Source: a virus
Lineage: Duplodnaviria > Caudoviricetes
Length of the DNA stretch: 44,364 nt
Virus record (IMG/VR): IMGVR_UViG_3300020045_001891
Location: 1 to 44,364 of that record
Strand: one strand, 5' to 3'
Shown: piece after piece, positions 36,526 through 42,211 of the stretch
Layout of the letters: every line of letters begins with the position of its first letter
How positions within the stretch are numbered: position 1 is the first letter of the stretch
Notes under the pieces: generated by a model
Database searches by the model: none
The model's input: the letters and a program-made list of their open reading frames with translations, nothing else
What the model was told of the DNA's origin: nothing
Made by a program: the position numbers and the translations under genes

Positions 36526-38607
36526 CGCTGCGCCGAGTTCCGCGAGACTGAGTCGCTTTTTCTCACCTTCGATCTGTGGTCGGGTTTCACCGCCGCCGCC
36601 GAACACCAGCGGGTTTTCATCCCACGGCCCGGCCCAGATTGGCGGCTTCTCCCAGTCGATGAAACGTATGCGAATATCAGGGTGGTCGCAGATGGCGACG
36701 CAGTAGGCGAGCAAATCGAAGGCTTCGTTGCGACGGCGAGACGGATTGATCCACCCCTTCGAAGGGTCGCGGATTTCGGTGGTAAGCTGCGAATACAGCC
36801 AGTCCTGCGCCCAGCGTGGAAAGTGAATCTGTCCACCCGGTTCATCGCGACCAAGCATGTTGTTGACTTGGTCTTTCACGATATTGGAGTTCACCAGCCA
36901 CACCGGAACGTCGCCACGGGCAATCGCGAACTTGTCCTTCTGCTGACTGTTCGGATAGGAGATGCGGATTGGCGCTGTTTCGCTGCGACTGGGGGCACCC
37001 TTGACCAAGTGGAAGCGTTCCGCTTGACCGTTGGACCGCAGTCGCCGGTAGAAGTCGTAGGCGTTGGCCGTCACACCGTCAGCACCACCAGAGTCGCAGG
37101 CTGCGATCTTCACGGCCATGCGGCGACCGGAGTCGTCGTTCAGGGGGTACGACTTTTCCAGAACCTGCGATACCAACAAGTCCCAGTCTTCGGGATGCGC
37201 AGCAGGATCTAGGCCCTGGCGCTCACCAACATCATTTCGACGCTCAGATTTTGTGATCTTGAACATATCGACGTGGTAGATGTCGAAGCCGTCGCTGACG
37301 CCGAAGACGTGAACAACGAAGCTGGGTCGGCCACCAGCTTGAACGTCGATTGTGGCGACAAGGAAACGCACCCTATCTCCCACGTAAGGGTCACCGTTTT
37401 CATCGTGTCCTCCCCAGTCTTCGGCGCGGGCTTTGAGGGTTTCTGGGAGTCTGCCACCTTCTAAGGTTTTAGGCAGATACGCTTCACCCTGATCGACGTT
37501 GACCGTGGTGCGCAGTGGGCCTTCGTCGCCGGTCGCCTCGTAGTCGTTCAAGGCATTGAGGTATTTCTTCACCAGTTCCGGCCAATCGGTGAAGCCTGCT
37601 GCGGGGCCGAACATGTGGAATGATGCGATGTCGCTGCGGCGAGCGGTGCCGGTGACTTCACCGGTTGCTGGATTCCACGTCTGACCCGACTTCACCCACT
37701 TAGCAGAGCGATTCAGTTCACGCTGCTGGCGCGGTTCCATGTAGCCGCCGCAGTGCGGGCAAACCATGACCGTCTGCTCAGCCATCTCCATGATGTCTTT
37801 GCTGTCGAGGGTCGGCCATTGCAGAAGTTTGAACTGAGGTTGGAACGCAGACTCACACTGAGGGCAACCCCAGTACCAGCGTCGCCTGTCGCCACGGTTG
37901 TAGAGCGCAAGCACACCCTTGGTCGGTGGTGCCTCATGCGGGTCGTTCGCCATCCACTTTGGATCTTCGACATCGAAGCCGGGGGACGCCTCTGCCACGG
38001 TCATGCCATAGCGGCGAAAAGTTTGCGCGCGTTTTTTGGCTAGATCATAGGGGTTACCTTCACCATCAATGTCTTGCGGCATACGATCTAGGTCCATCAA
38101 CCAGAGGCGAGGAATCGTTTTACCGGACAGGTTGTTGATGGTCGGCCAAAGGGTCAGCAAGCGCATCCCTGAAAGGAAGTGCTTGTCGAATACGTTGTCG
38201 TTTTGGCGACCCGGCATGAGGCGCTTTTTCAGTTCAGGACTGTTGCGAAGCGCCTTTGCAAGATCAGCCTGCGACCAGTCTCGCGCTGTATGTTGGGCCA
38301 TGTGAATCACAGCCAAATCGGCAGGATCGGTTATGGCCGTGTGGCATAACCAATTGATTGCCATAGAACTTTTCCCCGTCCTCGCAGGACCAACAAAGAT
38401 CATCCCTGTAAAGTCCAGACTCGTCAGCACGTCCATCGGCTCACGCAGATACGGCGTCTTGTCGAGGCTGAACGGGCCTTCGTGCTGGCCGGGGTTCTTG
38501 ACGATGTGGTAACGCTCGGCAGCCTCAGACACAGTGATACGCTCTGGTGGACGCACTGCATCTGCCGTGGCAAGTATCATTTCTTCGATGGAGTTGTAGG
38601 CGGGCAT
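36517..38607 (-). CDS. terminase large subunit, lambda GpA family
   Basis: TPYLREPM, PARTGKS, LMDLDRM, CPQC/CPHC, TIDVQ, CDSGG, RNEAFDLLAY. Confidence 0.95.
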   Translation of the reverse strand: MPAYNSIEEMILATADAVRPPERITVSEAAERYHIVKNPGQHEGPFSLDKTPYLREPMDVLTSLDFTGMIFVGPARTGKSSMAINWLCHTAITDPADLAVIHMAQHTARDWSQADLAKALRNSPELKKRLMPGRQNDNVFDKHFLSGMRLLTLWPTINNLSGKTIPRLWLMDLDRMPQDIDGEGNPYDLAKKRAQTFRRYGMTVAEASPGFDVEDPKWMANDPHEAPPTKGVLALYNRGDRRRWYWGCPQCESAFQPQFKLLQWPTLDSKDIMEMAEQTVMVCPHCGGYMEPRQQRELNRSAKWVKSGQTWNPATGEVTGTARRSDIASFHMFGPAAGFTDWPELVKKYLNALNDYEATGDEGPLRTTVNVDQGEAYLPKTLEGGRLPETLKARAEDWGGHDENGDPYVGDRVRFLVATIDVQAGGRPSFVVHVFGVSDGFDIYHVDMFKITKSERRNDVGERQGLDPAAHPEDWDLLVSQVLEKSYPLNDDSGRRMAVKIAACDSGGADGVTANAYDFYRRLRSNGQAERFHLVKGAPSRSETAPIRISYPNSQQKDKFAIARGDVPVWLVNSNIVKDQVNNMLGRDEPGGQIHFPRWAQDWLYSQLTTEIRDPSKGWINPSRRRNEAFDLLAYCVAICDHPDIRIRFIDWEKPPIWAGPWDENPLVFGGGGETRPQIEGEKKRLSLAELGAALG

Positions 38608-38795
38608 TACAGTAGCGACACTCGCTTTCCGTTAATGTCGAACCACTGTTCGTCTCCGAAATCGCCGTTGTCACAGCGGTCGCAAATGTTGTGGACGATG
38701 CGAACAACTTGCGGCGGAATGTCAGGATCAATGGACCTGTCGTAATCCATTCGATTTCCACAGCCGCTGCACTCTAGGCGGATTGGATTATTCAT
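38607..38795 (-). CDS. small zinc-ribbon protein
   Basis: CSGC...CDRC; TAATG coupling to terL. Confidence 0.65.
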   Translation of the reverse strand: MNNPIRLECSGCGNRMDYDRSIDPDIPPQVVRIVHNICDRCDNGDFGDEQWFDINGKRVSLL

Positions 38796-39094
38796 CACAG
38801 CAACCCCGAATAATAGTCGGACCACATCGAGTCCCAGTGTTGATGATGCTCTTCCGCACACGGACGACACAGCCGCACGCAACGATTTGGATCTACTGGC
38901 GTATTCTCGCGACCTTCGATCCCAGTTACATGATAGGCCGTGCGCGACGACTCTTCCTGCACCTTCCACAGCGAGCCGCAGTTCCAGCAGCCGCCAAACA
39001 GATGGCGCGAAACCCACACGATCTTTGACACCGTTGACCAGTAGACGCGCCACTTTAGGCCGTGGAGTTTCCACGGAATGCTATTCGGTTTCAT
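38795..39094 (-). CDS. Cys-containing hypothetical protein
   Basis: CWNC...LCRPCAEEHHQHWDSMWSDYYSG. Confidence 0.65.
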   Translation of the reverse strand: MKPNSIPWKLHGLKWRVYWSTVSKIVWVSRHLFGGCWNCGSLWKVQEESSRTAYHVTGIEGRENTPVDPNRCVRLCRPCAEEHHQHWDSMWSDYYSGLL

Positions 39095-39320
39095 CTTCGA
39101 CCGCCTTCCAGAAAACTGTGTTGCCCCAGAGACTGCCGTAGTCGCGCTTAACTTTGCCGTGCTTCTCCAAGCGCCTGAGTCTGCGATAAACCCAAGGGGT
39201 GTCGATCCAGCGATAGTCGGGCTTACGATTAAGTCTGCCCGCAATGTGAAAGGTTTGCGTGTATCCGCCGAAGCCTACAGCCTCGATGATTTCGGCATCT
39301 GTCGGGGACTGCCTACTCAT
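39081..39320 (-). CDS. small winged-helix-like protein
   Basis: TDAEIIEAV..TFHIAGRL..WVYRRLRRLEKHGKV. Confidence 0.6.
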   Translation of the reverse strand: MSRQSPTDAEIIEAVGFGGYTQTFHIAGRLNRKPDYRWIDTPWVYRRLRRLEKHGKVKRDYGSLWGNTVFWKAVEDETE

Positions 39321-40065
39321 CTTCAACTCCCACGCCAACTTCAGCAATCCGAGACGGCGTTTGCTGCTGCTTCGGCATCTCAACCAGTGCTTCGTGCAAA
39401 TCCTTCTGGAACTGGTCGCACATCGACTGTAGCTTCTCCAACTGGTCGTCGCTGAGACCTTCTTCGCGCATCCCTTCTGTGATGAGCGGGATGCGGTCCT
39501 TGATCAGCATGAACACCTGACCCATGACGCCCAGCACCTTTTCGGTCGGCCACGCCTCACCAGTTTCAAGCAGCGTCTTGTTACGGATTCGCTCTGCTTC
39601 CCAGAAGACCTTCGAAATGTTGGTCGGCATGTCAGCCGGATTCAGGGATCGCAGATACGTGCGAATGTCCATCTTCGGCTTGAGCAGATACGGCACCACA
39701 CTGGCGAAGTCATAGAGTGGTCGGTTCTGCGCCGATCCAGCGTGACCGACCGGCGTGACTGTCTGCAACCGGCGCGCCACCGTCTCTTGGTGCAGGCGAA
39801 GCACTTTGCCTAGAAACGAGACGCCCACCGGCATGTAGAAGTCCTTCTCAGGAACTTCGTGACCGCGACCAGTGGACGCCATGCGAATGCGTCGCTGGCC
39901 TTCGGGCGACTGGTAGAAGTCGTACATCTTCGACTGCTCGGCCTGTTGTTCGGCCTGCACTTCGGGATACTTGTCGCGAGTGCGGGGACGACCGATGCGG
40001 GGTTGCGGTGCTGCGGGTGCAGTGGTTGGTTCGTCGTCGAAGATGTCGGAGAAGTCGTCCGTCAT
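39313..40065 (-). CDS. terminase small subunit (DUF1441-like)
   Basis: VSFLGKVLRLHQETVARRL, RPLYD, LNPADMPT..KVFWEA, GEAWPTEKV; upstream of terL. Confidence 0.8.
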   Translation of the reverse strand: MTDDFSDIFDDEPTTAPAAPQPRIGRPRTRDKYPEVQAEQQAEQSKMYDFYQSPEGQRRIRMASTGRGHEVPEKDFYMPVGVSFLGKVLRLHQETVARRLQTVTPVGHAGSAQNRPLYDFASVVPYLLKPKMDIRTYLRSLNPADMPTNISKVFWEAERIRNKTLLETGEAWPTEKVLGVMGQVFMLIKDRIPLITEGMREEGLSDDQLEKLQSMCDQFQKDLHEALVEMPKQQQTPSRIAEVGVGVEDE

Positions 40066-40358
40066 ACAGACTCATCGTTCACGCGAGGGTCGATGCGCAT
40101 TTGCGGGTATTTCCGCTTCAGGTTTTCTTCGGCCCACTGTTGCCGGATTTTGATGAACTCGGCAGATGCCGACCACTCAACCCGCTGATAATCAGCCGCC
40201 AACTGGTCGTGACTGACGCCCATCGCACTGGCGACCTTTTCGATCAGATCCTTGGCGAACTCCGAAATAGGAAACACGTCAACGCAGTCTCCCACTGGTA
40301 GGATCTGCGGTGCGTCCCCAGTGACATATCCGCCGTCGTGATATTTCTCATCACTCAC
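40062..40358 (-). CDS. small protein containing a portal-like segment
   Basis: ATGA-coupled to terS; VASAMGVSHDQLAADY; start could extend to 40463. Confidence 0.6.
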   Translation of the reverse strand: MSDEKYHDGGYVTGDAPQILPVGDCVDVFPISEFAKDLIEKVASAMGVSHDQLAADYQRVEWSASAEFIKIRQQWAEENLKRKYPQMRIDPRVNDESV

Positions 40359-40456
40359 AAACAGTCTCGATTCCCAATGCTGCCAACTACCATTTGACCA
40401 CGTCTCGAATGAGCCAAAACTCGATCTGAGACGCCATTTTTGGCTTGGCTCCAATT

Positions 40457-40497
40457 TCAACATTCGAGTGATTAGGCGATTAGCGGTTGATGGTCAA
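40457..40497 (-). promoter_or_regulatory. packaging-operon promoter with 15-bp palindrome
   Basis: TTGACC (40497-40492), 17 bp, TAATCA; TCAACATTCGAGTGA 40457-40471. Confidence 0.55.
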
Positions 40498-40612
40498 GCC
40501 CTCGGCGTGGTAGTCAGTGACTCGGTTCAACAACAGCATAGGAGGCGGCGATGAGTCTTTCCCGTAACGAGCGGTAAGGTGGCCGAGTTTCCTTCCCATT
40601 TTCGACAACGCT

Positions 40613-40647
40613 GCCCCGGTTCAGGATTCACCTGTTCTGGGGCTTTT
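40613..40647 (+). terminator. intrinsic terminator
   Basis: GCCCCGG-TT-CAGG-ATTCA-CCTG-TT-CTGGGGC-TTTT. Confidence 0.55.
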
Positions 40648-40657
40648 CACGAATCGG

Positions 40658-40686
40658 TTGACACTCGTTACGTGTTTGGGTAGGTA
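40658..40686 (+). promoter_or_regulatory. sigma70-type promoter for small RNA
   Basis: TTGACA 40658, 17 bp, TAGGTA 40681. Confidence 0.6.
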
Positions 40687-40691
40687 TGCCT

Positions 40692-40775
40692 TGCCCACCA
40701 AGGCCCGACACGCCCTCCCTGTGTTGCGCGGCCTACAGAACCCCCGACGCTCCATTCCCGGCGTCGGGGGTTTTT
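40692..40775 (+). ncRNA. putative ~85-nt sRNA with anti-SD loops
   Basis: own promoter, hairpin with loop GCCCTCCCT, terminator hairpin with loop CCATTCCC and TTTTT; no ORF inside. Confidence 0.55.
40739..40775 (+). terminator. strong intrinsic terminator
   Basis: AACCCCCGACGC / GCGTCGGGGGTT 12-bp stem then T-run. Confidence 0.8.
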
Positions 40776-41044
40776 CATTACATAGGGTAGGAGTGGTGAT
40801 GCGAGCAGACTTAGGTCTGGAATCGGTAGCTGAGCATAGTTGCGTGGTGAGATAGGATCGAGACCCCAGACCACGCCATCGCTCCAACGACACCTTTGCC
40901 TATCGGTCTAGGTGCTATCGAGGCTTTGGCGGCTGTGCCAGTGTGACGAAACAGCCGCCGCCCTACTCCAACATCCCCACAAACCGCCAATCATCAACAG
41001 CATCTGCCACGCCTGCATCAGCGCGCTGGGACACCCTGACACAG

Positions 41045-41073
41045 AAAACCCAGCACTTTCAAGGGTGCTGGGT
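41045..41073 (-). terminator. terminator-like hairpin downstream of att-like core
   Basis: minus strand ACCCAGCAC-CCTTGAAA-GTGCTGGGT-TTT. Confidence 0.65.
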
Positions 41074-41100
41074 CTCCGTGGGACTGCTATGGACAATGTC

Positions 41101-41117
41101 TGGTAGCGGGAGAGGGA
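41101..41117 (-). other. att-like core: isolated tRNA 3' end
   Basis: minus strand TCCCTCTCCCGCTACCA with no T-loop or 5' half upstream. Confidence 0.6.
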
Positions 41118-41238
41118 GCGTTACGGTGTTGATTTTATTAGGTTATTCGGTGTTGCACCGCTGCTGGACCGCTTCATCCTGCCCGAGTTCGGCAAGTTCT
41201 TTGGCTGTTTCATTGCGGTTCATGGGGGGAGCCTTTCG

Positions 41239-42210
41239 TCAAAAAACGGTGACGCCACGGTCAGCCAGTCGCGCTTTTTCGCGCGAATACACAGCGAGCA
41301 TCTCCGCCGCAGAAAGCCCGCGAGGTATAACGATCAGTGAGTTGAGCGTTGTTGGGAAGGAATAGCCCGCCGAGTTGCCGAAGTTGGGGTTGCCGATGCC
41401 GATTTGAGGAAGGGCGGGCGCGTCCAAGGCCATCGGGGTGGAAGATGTGTATGCGCTACCGCCACCCCACTGGAGCACCCTGCCAGATACAGAAGAGTGC
41501 GAGAGGCCCACGAAAATCGAATCGCCAGTGGCCGCGCCTGCCGGTGCTGCGACACTCGCACTCGATCCATTGGTCTGAACTGTGTAAACTGCGCCTGTGC
41601 TGGTCACATAAAGGTTGGCGTTGAAATTTCGACCGATCTGCGAGCCTTCGTCAATGATGATCGCTGGTGTCCCGGAACCATGACGTTGGAATACGGCCAT
41701 GACCGTGACATTTGCCGAGACAGTGAATGGCGTCACCAGTCCATTGAATCCGCTGCCAAGTGTCAACGCGCCCGCGCCAACTGTCGGGGCCAGCGCCAAG
41801 GTGATGGTCACAGTCGCGCCAGAACCGCCGCCTGCCGTGCTGATCGTAGCCGTAGGAGCCACCGTGTAGCTGCCGTGGCTGGTGATGACGATGGCAGTCG
41901 GAACGCCCGAACCGTTGGTGATGGCAAAGCCAGCGGCCCCTGAACCAGTACCGCCCGAAAACACCAGTGCAACCTTAGACGACACTGGATAACCTGTGCC
42001 ACCCGATGCACTTCCGAACAGCGCTCTGGTCAGCGGTTGATCTGCAACTAGATCAAGATTTGATGGGTTATCGCTGCCGAAGAACCAATGCCCGGCGGCC
42101 TCCGGCTCATACGGCAGATTGATCATAGGCGACAGGAGTGAAGCGTCTGCCGGGTATGAAGATGCGCCCGGAATCGTGACGTTGAGCTTGATGACGGGAG
42201 AAAGTACCAT
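41239..42210 (-). CDS. fibre/spike-associated protein, Gly-rich insert, ConA/LamG-like C-terminus
   Basis: GGTGY..FSGGTGSGA..GSYTVAPT..GGGSGA; RGLSAAEMLAVY..RLADRGV. Confidence 0.65.
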   Translation of the reverse strand: MVLSPVIKLNVTIPGASSYPADASLLSPMINLPYEPEAAGHWFFGSDNPSNLDLVADQPLTRALFGSASGGTGYPVSSKVALVFSGGTGSGAAGFAITNGSGVPTAIVITSHGSYTVAPTATISTAGGGSGATVTITLALAPTVGAGALTLGSGFNGLVTPFTVSANVTVMAVFQRHGSGTPAIIIDEGSQIGRNFNANLYVTSTGAVYTVQTNGSSASVAAPAGAATGDSIFVGLSHSSVSGRVLQWGGGSAYTSSTPMALDAPALPQIGIGNPNFGNSAGYSFPTTLNSLIVIPRGLSAAEMLAVYSREKARLADRGVTVF

Positions 42211-42211
42211 G

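Noticed and set aside
40628-40711. 27-aa minus-strand ORF (GTG start) behind AGGGAGGGC
   Set aside because: SD-to-start spacing is only 2-3 nt and the peptide is featureless; better explained as the antisense of the sRNA loop, though not excluded
41101-41180. Complete tRNA gene
   Set aside because: Only the last 17 nt are tRNA-like; no T-loop, anticodon arm or D arm upstream
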